A DNA stretch of 32,167 nt from Lenisia limosa (Eukaryota > Protista > Breviatea): positions 1-32,167 of the forward strand of contig LPNZ01009785.1 in the NCBI GenBank assembly GCA_001655205.1, written 5' to 3'. Both the position numbers and the translations under genes were made by a program. Below the pieces are notes generated by a model. It saw only the letters and a list, made by a program, of their open reading frames with translations, was not told the DNA's origin and ran no database searches. Positions 18,592 to 29,807 of this stretch are shown piece by piece (the stretch's first letter is position 1; each line of letters begins with the position of its first letter).

Positions 18592-20748
18592 TTAGTCAAG
18601 CTTGGCATTGAAGTACTTGAGGATTGCAGTCAAACTGACCACTCCAATTGGGCGCATGATGTCATCAACCACCCAGAGACGCTAGAATAGTCAGCCATGA
18701 TAATTGGAGGAAATATGCCAAAGGTGACATCACTTATGTCCGTCCCAAAGATTATCCAGAAAACAAAACAACACAACGAAGAATGTAGTCTAATTGCCAA
18801 TAGCAACATACATGGATGCGACAAAGAGCCGCCGTCGCAATAACAAGGCTGAATGGGGTGTTGAGGGTACACGTGGCAGGGGGTGTGACACCGTTGTAAT
18901 TCAAGTACTTCAGGTAGTCCAAGACAGTGAGTGACAGTGCGGGTGACCCAGTCAGTGATGTCAATCTATGGGAGTAAAAGAGTAAAACAACAGAAAATAT
19001 AGCAATGAAGCATTTTGGTAAAGCAAAGGGAATAAAGGAAGCACTAAAAGAAAAATAGAATACTTGGGGGGGATAGAGCTTCAGCACAAAGAGAATTGCT
19101 TACGATCTCAGATCTGATGCCGAGATTGTCGTCAGAATAGTTCCTTCGTCATTGACAACGGGAACAGATGAGCATCCTATAATATTATCTCAACAATCCA
19201 GGGGGTGGGGCATTGGAATAAATGCGACTTTGAAACTCATGAACTGGTTATGCTCTCACCCCCCCCCCCAAGCCTACTGAATTTGGCCATGAGTTTGAAG
19301 GCATCGAGAGCGGNNNNNNNNNNNNNNNNNNNNNNNNNNNNNNNNNNNNNNNNNNNNNNNNNNNNNNNNNNNNNNNNNNTAGGCAATTTTTAAATTTCAA
19401 TCTCTGATTGAAGTGTCCCCCAACCTTGAGAGGCATCGCCATGAGAGGGCTGAGAACCTGCGAATGCGAGGCGATAAAGCGAACCAAATCACTCTGTAAA
19501 GTGAACTCGAAGAAGACAATTTCCCTTCAAATCATCTTGAGCCTGCAAATTTACTATTTCCCAGAATGCAATGTAACTAATTATGCATATCTCTCTGATG
19601 CAAGCACTCCCGCGTACCTGAGTGAGCATTCTGAGTTCAGTTCTTCCCTTCGTTCCAGTGCGGACCAAAAGACGGTGGTTGGCCTGGAGTGGTCAGAGAA
19701 TGTCTCAATAGCAATGTGTATAAACGTAAATAGTCCACAATAGCCCTCACCTTGGACAAATGGTTGATAGCAGTTCTGACAGTAGTGGTAGGATGTTCAG
19801 TCTACAGAAATAAGGTGTGAGTACAATACAACCATATCGAAAAATGAAGTTTATTCATTCGCTCACGATGATAGAGGTAGAGTCATAGCTATTGCCCAAC
19901 ACTTCTGCTGCAGGTTTGTTGTCGAACTAAATCAGTGTAATAATATCACATTGAGAGGGGGGGGGGGCTGCGAGTCTCAAAACAATAAATCTACCAACAA
20001 TAAAACCCCAGACACAAGATGAGTCAAAACACCCCACACACAAGATGAGTCAAAACACCCCACACAAGATGAATCAAAACACCCCACACAAGATGAATCA
20101 AAACACCACACTCCCTCCGAGTGAATGGCATCTTGGATATCTATCACAAGTTAATTGCCCCTAAAGGCAACCGACATAAGAGGAAGATGGCGGTTGAATT
20201 GATGATTGGCGGGCGTCCATCCGCCTACATTATACTCCGTGGCTCCCGAGTTGGCAAGGTGAAGAATAATGTCATGGATGCTGAGAATACCTGATTGATA
20301 AGGGAAGGTCCCGATTTAACAAGGATGAATATCAGCTTCAGGCCCTTGCAATGTACCTTGGATGACATCGGTGGTAGACGAGTGGGCGCCGGACTTGACT
20401 TCCTCCAGAACCAAAGGAACGCTCATAATGTTGTTGTCATTGAGAAGGGCCAGAACTACGATTGTCAGGAAAAAAATGTGGGCCATTTGATTTACGGGAA
20501 TGTGTTGTTACATCAGCTACCTGTCTATAGTCTCATTTAAATAGATACTGGATTCAAAATTCAGACAAAGAGTAGCCAAAGGAGCATTGGGAAAGCCCAA
20601 CGCCCACTTTCCCCAACGGAAGTCGTGGTTGCATCCGCGGTAATGAGTTTGTGAGACGAGAAAACAAGGTTTCCGAGAAATGTTTGGTTAACAAGGTTCT
20701 AAAAAAGTGAATAACAAAAAGAAGTCAAACATGAATCTGGGTATCCAT
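18592..20748 (-). CDS. Four-CBS-domain protein (SDS23/Moc1 or AMPK gamma-like); about 11 exons, partly across gap 19314-19379
   Basis: MDTQIH|NLVNQTFLGNLVFSSHKLITADATTTSVGE|ILALLNDNNIMSVP...|GILSIHDII; ANHRLLV...MLTQ|SDLVRF; ALDAFKLMAKF|RCSSVPVVNDEGTILTTISASDLRS; RIH|RLWVVDDIMRPIGVVSLTAILKYF...*. These are four canonical CBS signatures. Confidence 0.9.
20006..20110. repeat. Intronic minisatellite, about 4 copies of a 25-27 bp unit (ACACAAGATGA(G/A)TCAAAACACCCC)
   Basis: Direct tandem copies with no spacers, inside a CBS gene intron. Confidence 0.95.
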
Positions 20749-21036
20749 TGTTACGGACTTTATAAACTTCAACAATTGGTGATGGGATTTTGTTTTTGTA
20801 TTATTCTACTTATGATTTGTCTGGAAAGCAAATCGCAAATCCAAAATCTAAAAAATGAAAGTCTGGGCCCTTTATACCCTTTTTAACGCCCAAAGAACAA
20901 TCGGAACAATTAAAAGCCACAATTCTAAGGTTTAAGATTTTGCTGGGAGTCTGCTGTCTGGTGATGGAGCTAGTTTCTTAATAGCTTGTTTGGGTGAAGC
21001 ATAAACGTAAAACCGTCCTCATACAAGGCTCTTCCA

Positions 21037-24000
21037 ATGGCCTTTGGTGCACTACCATCAAGGTCATTCTCAACGAAAGGGAAAGGTGGTACGCTGGGTT
21101 GCCTAATAATCAGTCCTCGGTTTGTTTCGCCCTATGAGTCACTGTATCTATTGAATAATCTCTGCTTTAGCTTCTGTATGACGTGTTTTAATCTTCTTTA
21201 TTTCTTAAGGTAGTCAATTATTTTTGCCAACTTTTTGATACTATTTTCCCAATTCTTTTCCCAATTCTGTTCTCATTGTCCAGCGAGACCGACCCCAAAA
21301 CGACGACCTTCCCCTTCGTCTAACCCGCAAAATGATGGGCTTGTCATCATCAACTCCAACAAACACGTATGAAACTGCGGTTTTATTGGCCCTTTTCTTT
21401 CTTCTTGTGATCCTTACTTCAAGATAGCTCTTCATAACTTTCCCTTAGTCCCTGACACCAGAGCCTCTTCCTCCCCCCACGCTTGCAAGTTCCCTCACAC
21501 CTGCATCTCTTCCCAACTTGCTCGACCAAGATGAAAAAAAAATCAGTCACAAAATAAAGGTAAGTACACCTATTCCCCAATTGCAGTTCTTATACTCCCA
21601 TTATAATGACATTTGATGGGTTATTGTTTTTGAGAACAAGGACATTTTTTGCTCTGTAATTAGCTTAGTTTTTTCACAGTTACAGGCGGTGACGACCTTC
21701 CCTGAGAACAGCTGTAATGGTTTCGAACTGGTACGAGATTGCAATTTCTGCCTCGTGGCACGACGAGCATAGATGGTAAAAATGATATGATATGTGTACC
21801 AATAATGTTCTCTTGTTCAATTATTTTATTGTCCTTATTGTTCTATTGTTGCTGTTTCATACATTTCTACCTTCCCGAGTTTGTTACCCCTGTTGTTCAA
21901 CCCTTGTGCAACATAGTTGCTTTTGGCCTTATTTTGTTTCAAAATTTTTTCCATTTTACCCCCCCCCCCCCCCCNNNNNNNNNNNNNNNNNNNNNNNNNN
22001 NNNNNNNNNNNNNNNNNNNNNNNNNNNNNNNNNNNNNNNNNNNCAAGTGGCCAAACTACACGGCAAGAAAATTACTGGCTTTGTGGCCGCGGGTAAGCTG
22101 TCTATATCTTGAGTTTAATGAACCTTGTTTTCTTTTATTGTCTTTATTAGGCTTTTTTTGTACAGTACCATGACAACCCTCTTAAAGTGGGATTGATTAT
22201 TTTCTCACTATACGAACAAAAAGTTGAAACTTCACTTTTTGTGACGTTTTTCAAAATTCACCGAGGTTTGCTTATCTTAAATTCCATCAAGAATAATAAC
22301 TTTTGTCTAGATTAAGTATAGAATGCTAATTATTGCTTTTGGAAGATTTAATTCACAATGTCAAGAAAGTCATAAATTTGCACTGAGTCGTTGTTTTTTA
22401 TAAAAGAAATGATCACTTAGATGCCGCTCTGTTCCCTCAGCTTACCAAGGCGGACCTTAGTGAAAACCACCTCACAATCACTGCGTGTTTGGCCCTCCCC
22501 GCCATTGAGTCGATGGACTTGTCTTGCAATGGCATTTACGACCCTTTGCTCACAGGCTGTAAACCAGGTGAGTGCTTTTTTTAACAGAAAGAAAAAAATA
22601 AAAAGCATAGGACGCTTACTATCAATGAGCGTAATTCAAGATCTCTTATAAGCGTGATGGTGTAGACGGCTTCGGCCGGAAACAACCTTGTTTTTTATTT
22701 CTTTTTTAGCACGTGTTATCATGTTGTAACCTTGCGGTACCGAAGATGAATGTTTATCAACCCCCCCCCCCCNNNNNNNNNNNNNNNNNNNNNNNNNNNN
22801 NNNNNNNNNNNNNNNNNNNNNNNNNNNNNNNNNNNNNNNNNNNNNNNNNNNNNNNNNNNNNNNNNCCTCACATCTACTTCCATCATCGACCTTTGTTCTT
22901 GTACCAATTTGGTGACCCTGCAGTTGGATCAGTGGGTGGGGGCTACAATCCAAAACTTCTCACTGGACCAACTCTTTATATTTTCATGATATTTTCCACG
23001 TATTACAGCACGTGTATTGTGTGCAATAATAAAAGTGTTTATCTAACCCAATCCTTCTATACGATCAGAGTTCATATTTTAGTAATGAAGTGTCTACTTT
23101 TGACATTGATAAAATGACCCTCGACCCCTTGCCGATGCTAACACATTTGTCTCTCAGTCACAACTCCATTTCAGGAACAACTATTTGGGAATTCGTTTCC
23201 ATATTGGGAAAGTTGGTTTGGTGTTGTTTTACTTTTTGGTCCATCTTTAAAAACATGCATGTAGTCTATAAAAAGTTGTTCATACAACTGTTTTCTATTT
23301 CTTATTTCTACATTGCTATTTCTCTTAACATTACCAATAAAAATTTTTTTTTTTTTTTTTACTTCCACTCCAGATTGCAAACATTGGATTTGAGTGACAA
23401 CCTCATTTCGGGTGTTCCTTCCGATATGTGCAAGTCCCCTCGATTCCCTTGCCTTACCACTTTGGATCTCAGTTCCAACCCCATCTCAAAAGAGCATGAC
23501 GTAATTTCATTAGCTGAGTTGCCGCAATTGAAGTTTGTTTTGTTCCATATCAGGAAGGTCAGCTTACCCAATTTAGAAGCCTCACCTTGACGGACACTCC
23601 GCTTATCCGAACTCAGCGCTCAATACCCCTCCTGCACATGGCTCTTGGCTTTGAAAAGGGCGTTGGCATTGCAATGACCCCAGTCAAGTACCCCGATGCC
23701 ATTAGACCGGTCTACAAGGACAACCCTCTGATCCATGTTGCTGATGGGTAAGTTGAATGACCTTCTTCGAATGGCCTACTGACATTGAGGCTGTTTCAGT
23801 TGCATTTGGACCTTCACTACCACTCCCAATCAAACATAATATTGTTCATTCGATCTTGCGGGGGGAGGTGGCTTTTATAGAACTTCACTCTTCCTTGCTT
23901 AATCAATATGGCCATATCTAGCTCACGATTATAGAGCCAAGGCCATCCAGTCCATTTCAAGAAACGCTGAGGTCGTACAGGCTCCCACCAGCTTCAGTGC

Positions 24001-25809
24001 TAAGGATGAAGCTGAGGTGAGACTGGAATATGGTTTCCGAATACCATTTGAATCATAAGTCGACAATTTAGCCTTATAAGTTGCAAGACCTGGTTATTAT
24101 CATTTGTATCTTTTATTTTTGGACTGTAAGGGAAAAGCTGATTGATAATAGATCTCGTATATGCAAGATTCTATTGACCTTCCCTTAGGAGCTTCTGTCC
24201 CTTCAGCGAGCATTGAGCAGGGTTACATCCTCAACTACCGACGATGAGTCTATTTTCCTTACACAAGGTGTGGGGGGCTTGTAAAATGATAGGTATTTAC
24301 TTTCTTTTTCGACACAGTTAGTAGCAAGTTAACAAAATATGCTGTGATGTAAGCTTCAGAAGCTTTTTGTTTGTTTTCCACTAATCTAAAAAATACCCCC
24401 CCAACCAGCCAACTAGGATGATTGTTTTGGGGGTTTTATAAATTACAGTTTCCTTTTTACTCCCCTCCCCAACAGTTCCCGACCAGGAGCCTGAGAGGGA
24501 CTCCTTCATGTATGCTGAAACAGAAGCTCGTGAGGCGCTGGATGAGGTGTGTCAGGTTTATTGTCTTATAAATACTGTCAATGTGTTTAACAAGCTCTTT
24601 TGTCTGATATTCGTCTTAAACATGCAGTTACGAGATATCCGCCGGATCATTCAAAGCACTGAGTACGACCCTGCTTCCTTCAGGTTATTTGTAGGAGGGA
24701 AATTTGGGAGGAATCTTCCATTTTCCAGTACCTCCATATAATTTACGATATTAGGACCGCAATACGCCGTTACCACCCAAGTTAAAGAATAGGCTTGATC
24801 ACGAAACGCAAAATCTCAGGTTGGGTAGCTTTGTAGAAAATAATTGCAATGCCGTATGTATTTCTGTGATAACTGACGGGTTAGAAGCGCTATTTCTGCT
24901 TTGAAGTATCTGCTGAGCCACCCTCCCACGGGTGTTCCAACTTACCCCAATTCCAATGTAAGTTGTTATCTTTTTCATCAAGGTAGTACTTTTTTTTTTC
25001 CAATAATAAGGTCTATTGTATCTTGTTAAGTTTTGAGAATACAATAATAGCTGGCTCTTTGAGCTTGTATTCTGCTTCCCATTCTAATTGGCAGATCGAG
25101 AAAACGGTTACAAAGAAGGTTAAAGATATGGTGTCGCAAACTGCAACCCCATCTTTGGTACGAGGGGGTAGGCATTTTGCTATAGTCTTGATCTGGATTA
25201 GAAATGCTCGTGATATCTTGTAGCATTAGAATAATAGTATTTATTATTCTGGATTTACGCACATCTCACCCACTAGGCTACCTCACGGTCTTTGGCATCA
25301 ACTCTACCGCCTCAATCTGGTAAGCTGGAGGGGAGGGGGGATGAAAACCGCCAACCCACGGATAATGTAGAAATGCTACGATAAACGGGTTTTGTTTGCT
25401 TTGTTGTTTTTAACCTACTGTTTCTCGAATAAATTGCAAGCAGAGTTTATGTTGGGTTGTGTTTCAATCAATTTACATTTACCCCACCCGCAGCTCGCAG
25501 CGGGGGAAGACGGCCAGCCAGTTCGGCGGTTGAGGAGCTAGAATCCGCTGTGCGTGAGATCCAGATCCAACAGCAGAAAGTGCTCAAGGACTTTGGTGAG
25601 CTGCTGGGTCATACATCATGTTGCGACACGTTTCCCTGGTATTATGATGCTCTTGCCTATTACTCTTAATTTCTTTTGGAGGGACGGTAGCTCGTGAATT
25701 GAAGAATTAACCACCTCTCCGTACATGTCCTCGCATCTGTTTCCTTGTTATTCTAACTATTGTAGAGGACTTACGACAAGCACATCCCTTCGCTTCCGTA
25801 ACACAATGA
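21037..25809 (+). CDS. Leucine-rich-repeat protein, XRRA1-like; start codon tentative; gaps at 21975-22043 and 22773-22865
   Basis: LRR exons FPQLTKADLSENHLT..LPAIESMDLSCNGI, LPMLTHLSLSHNSIS, LQTLDLSDNLISGVP, RFPCLTTLDLSSNPISKEHDVISLAELPQLK|SLTLTDTPL. Later DESIFLTQ and SAISALKYLLSHP resemble, from memory, XRRA1-family segments. Confidence 0.75.
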
Positions 25810-25959
25810 AGACACCTTGCTTGATACCTTATGAAAGACTCTTCAAGCGAACGGGTTAAGAAAATATCTATTTTACATCACATAGTTTAACTTAATTTGT
25901 GTTATTAATGTACATTATCTTTGGTAAGGGTGGATCTTCGAAGTGAAATGATGGCCTCT

Positions 25960-27351
25960 TTATTGTAAGTCTTTCTCATCTTCAATCTTTCCTTTCACCT
26001 TCTCTTCCTTCTCTTCCACAGCTTCTTCCTTTACCTGTACAATAGGGCAACGAACACATAATGTTCTCGGTGTATACCACTGGGCAGAGCATCTAACAGG
26101 GTCTGTCAGAAGATCCATGGCAAAATGAAGCTGGCTGAATAATTAAAAAGTGAGCTCAGAAAAGGGTGTATTTGACAATAGATGTCTGCCTACTTTTTGA
26201 CAGTTGAAACCGTGATTTGCTTGGGAGTTGCTTGAACGAATATTTCTCCAATGATGGTATCAGGAAGACAGACAGACAGGACAACTTCTAATAATATTAT
26301 ACTTTGTGAAAAACAATTTCTGAACTTGCTTTGTCAAGGAATATGAATTGAAAAGATTACTTGATCGTATGTGCTTGACAAAGTCACACCTTTACAGTTT
26401 TCTTCGGGTAAGGGTGCATCAAAGGCCGTCTCATCAAAGTCGACGTACCGCACCCGATACCTGAAGGGTAACGATTTCAATACTCCCCAAACAAGTGAAA
26501 CAAAAACCTCGGGAATGGAAAACGTAATGGAAGTTGAAAAAAAAATAAAAATATATGAGGTGAAAAAAAAACTCGAAATCGAATGAAATTTTGTATACGA
26601 GTGTGGAGCAAACTTGCCTGACCAAAGACGTCCAAAACATATTCACTGCTTATTGAAAAAAAGAGTGGAGAACACTCAGTATGCTGAGCTCACCTTGGTT
26701 CTGGGAGCTTCAGGATTTCATGTTCTTCAAGTTCCTCACGCTGCTCAATTTCCTAAAAACAAATTATGGAAATGAGTGAAACATAATAAAAACGCTGACA
26801 AGCGTCCACTAAATACAGTGTTTTTGAACGAATTAAACTTATTGGTGGAATTATACTTTGTTTTTTTTTGTTTCAAACACCGCCTCACCATCAGACGCGG
26901 CTGTATGACACTCGGGGTGAACTGGACATGAGCCCTGTCAGGCCCAACTTCAAGGGGTGCACAATCCAGTCCAGAGTCCTGCATTTATATTACATTGGGT
27001 GATTGAAGATACTGCTGTGCTATATTAGACCATGAGATGGAACTACTGTATGCTACGGCGCTCCATTGTTTTAACTCAAATGAATATTAATTGTTGTTAA
27101 ATCAGTTAGGATGTGATATGTCTCTTTGTTTTGAGAAGATATATGATATAATTCAATACTACACCTACAATTGCAGAAAGTGCTTGCTCAACAGTTGAGT
27201 CATCTTCCTGAATGCAGTTAACATAACAGCTATTAGGGGCTTTTAACATCAACGCAACACGACGCAGGGGTGATATCAAAGAATATACTACACCACATAC
27301 CGAGGCTGACGTTACCAGTAGGTTTGCAAGCGCTTGAATTTCGTGGACCAT
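25960..27351 (-). CDS. PIH1/CS-domain protein, dynein axonemal assembly factor 6 (PIH1D3/TWISTER)-like; one junction not phase-resolved
   Basis: MVHEIQALANLLVTSAS|EDDST (resembles the ALxxLL..EDD N-terminus of PIH1D3); LPEPRYRVRY; VVLSVCLPDTIIGEIFVQATPKQITVSTVKN|QLHFAMDLLTDPVRCSAQWYTPRTLCVRCPI (CS-like beta pattern); acidic/Lys tail ending KDLQ*. Confidence 0.6.
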
Positions 27352-28083
27352 TCTCAAACAAGATCTAAAGAATTAAAGAGAGGTGAAAGATGACGAGTGT
27401 CGGGGGGGGGGGGGGNNNNNNNNNNNNNNNNNNNNNNNNNNNNNNNNNNNNNNNNNNNNNNNNNNNNNNNNNNNNNNNNNNNNNNNNNNNNNNNNNNNNN
27501 NNNNNAAGAAGCGTTGAAGACGAGCTCAGAGGGAAAGAAACTTATGAAAGTATGCTGCCTTAGGTTACATTTACCCCTTTATAATACCTAATAACATGTA
27601 AAAAGAATTTTTAAACAGGTGCATACCTCCTGTAATCCGTTTAATTCTTCAAACAAGCTCAAATCAATTTATATATCTCTGTGGGGGGTTTATATATATG
27701 GTGTTATGACAATAGACTGTTTGGAAAATTGATATATCTGTATTTACTAGTAAGCTATTGCTAAATTTAGTTTATTAAACCCATTTAATAATTATATCAA
27801 GGCTATTCACAACCATACCTTATCAATTGTAAAATTTTTCAATTATTCGTATTTAAGACTTTCCTTATTTGGAAATCAATCCTGCTACAAAGCCCAATAA
27901 GTCAGCCAGATAGTGTGAAACTTGTATTTGGTGAAGTGCTTGCTTGGATAGCTAAATTAGTAGTGAACTTATTATATTAACCAAGCCTATTACATTTCTT
28001 TTCAAAAATCTGTCAATCTGTCTTTTTATTGAACCACTCCTCATCTTAACCCTCTATATTATTGAAATTAGTTCCACCATACA

Positions 28084-29638
28084 ATGCCAACCAATCAATC
28101 TCCCAATACCGGCTCACATCTCTACCCTTCAATCAGCCCAGCGATTGGTGAAGAGAGCAAATGTAGGCTGGTCAACAGAAGAATTATTCAAATTACATTG
28201 CTTCTTCCACTACCATGTTTTGTTTTTGGTCAACATAGCTTTAGTGATTAATGCGATACATGCTTGATATCAATCATTATTTTGGATTTTAATGTGAAGG
28301 TAATTAACTATTCTGTAGCACCTGAACGGTTGGAAAGTGTTCCTTTGACCCCTGCTAATGAGGTAAAGCCTCCCGATACTAAAGAACCCAAGGTTGGCTT
28401 CGGAGATTTTTTTACACAGATATTCACAGGGTATGTTTCATATGAAAATTTGTTTATTACAATCAGGATGAACCAGCCAGTTCAGGCAGCAATCCCTACC
28501 CCTCTGATGCCACCACTGAAAGCAGAAAAATGCCAAAGAAGAAAGCAAACCCTGTTCAGTTCCGACATGGACTGTGTGGATGTTTTGACCATTGTGGTGT
28601 AGGCTTTGTTGTTTTATCAATATTAGTCACATTTCAACATCGCCATGGTATCCTTTCACAATATGGCATCATTTTAAGGAATATTATCACAGTCTACAGT
28701 GCCTTTTCACACACCCCTAGATCTGTCTTTATGGATGTCTCTGCCCTTGCTGCTTACTGGGAAGCTCCAAAACAAAGATGGATGGCACAAGCTGCTGTGG
28801 AGTTTGCACGACACAGTGGGGGACACAATGTTTCAGTTGACACAATGAATTTTCAGGAGGTGTATTGTATGACAGCCATTCCTGTAACACAAAACAGGTT
28901 TTGCTTAAGTACATGTACGACGATGTGCTGCGTTTTACCCTACATCTACAGAAGGGATGCAAGAATTCAGTTTGGTATGTTATATTGATTTTGTAAAAAG
29001 AAGAGTTGCATCGTTGTGTGACACGTGTAGGCATCCAAGACGAAGACCCCGTGAAAGAGTGTTGCGTTACCACTTGCTGTACAGCCTGTACTATTTGTCA
29101 ACTTGCAAATGTGCGCAATTTGGAAACCACCAATAATGCTGGACCCTAAATTTGTTCAGACAAAAACTTCTCAAAATCAGTCAAATGTGTTGACCACTTT
29201 AGGAGATCAAGGATCGTATCCAAGAAGGCAGCTTTGAGAAAGGAAAGGGTTTCGCTCCTGGTGTTTTAGGCAGTATCGTAGGAGGAGGCACATGCCTATT
29301 GCATTGTTCCCACACCAAATCACTTCTAAATATTTTAGTCATCAAGCACAGCAGTACTCAACTTCCAGACCAGATATTATAATCAAGGTGAGTACATCCA
29401 GATTTTCATCCCCTTCCTAACAATTAAATCGTGTTGTTCAAAAAAAAGTACAAAGCTGTGAAAGAGTTTCTTGTAGAGGAGTATTATATATATGGAAGAA
29501 TTGTGCATTCAGCTTTATTTCTCCTCTACTTGCTTTATTAGTAATATATATATTATTCACCACGTAGCGGGTTATCCAGTCGTCTCATCGGATTCTCAAG
29601 GCCCAGTAGATATAGTGGGGTATGGGTACTTGCTATAA
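28084..29638 (+). CDS. PLAC8/cornifelin-family Cys-rich protein; last exons tentative
   Basis: FRHGLCGCFDHCG|ICLYGCLCPCCLLG...DGTSCCGVCTTQ|FCLSTCTTMCCVLPYIYRRDARIQF|GIQDEDPVKECCVTTCCTACTICQLAN|EIKDR matches the PLAC8 signatures GLCxCF, CPC, R..R..yGI and CxxCxxCQ..E. Confidence 0.9.
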
Positions 29639-29807
29639 CAAAAAAGCCAAAAGACACCCATTAGTTAACATTTGAGACAAATTAATTATAACGACAAATG
29701 AGTACCGGAATTTACTAAGGTAATATATCATAGAGTGGGTCCATGTCCACCATATTGTGTCATCAGAGAATTTCTGAGAACATATCCGATTTATGTTTGA
29801 TGACAAC

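Noticed and set aside
5099-27591. ORFs containing X runs (5099, 7913-8509, 14999-15289, 19205-19487, 21739-22173, 22636-23117, 27397)
   Set aside because: These are artefacts of translating through N-gaps.
27506-28083. AT-rich stretch between the DNAAF6-like and PLAC8 genes
   Set aside because: I found no ORF, repeat or RNA-gene signature and treat it as ordinary divergent intergenic DNA.
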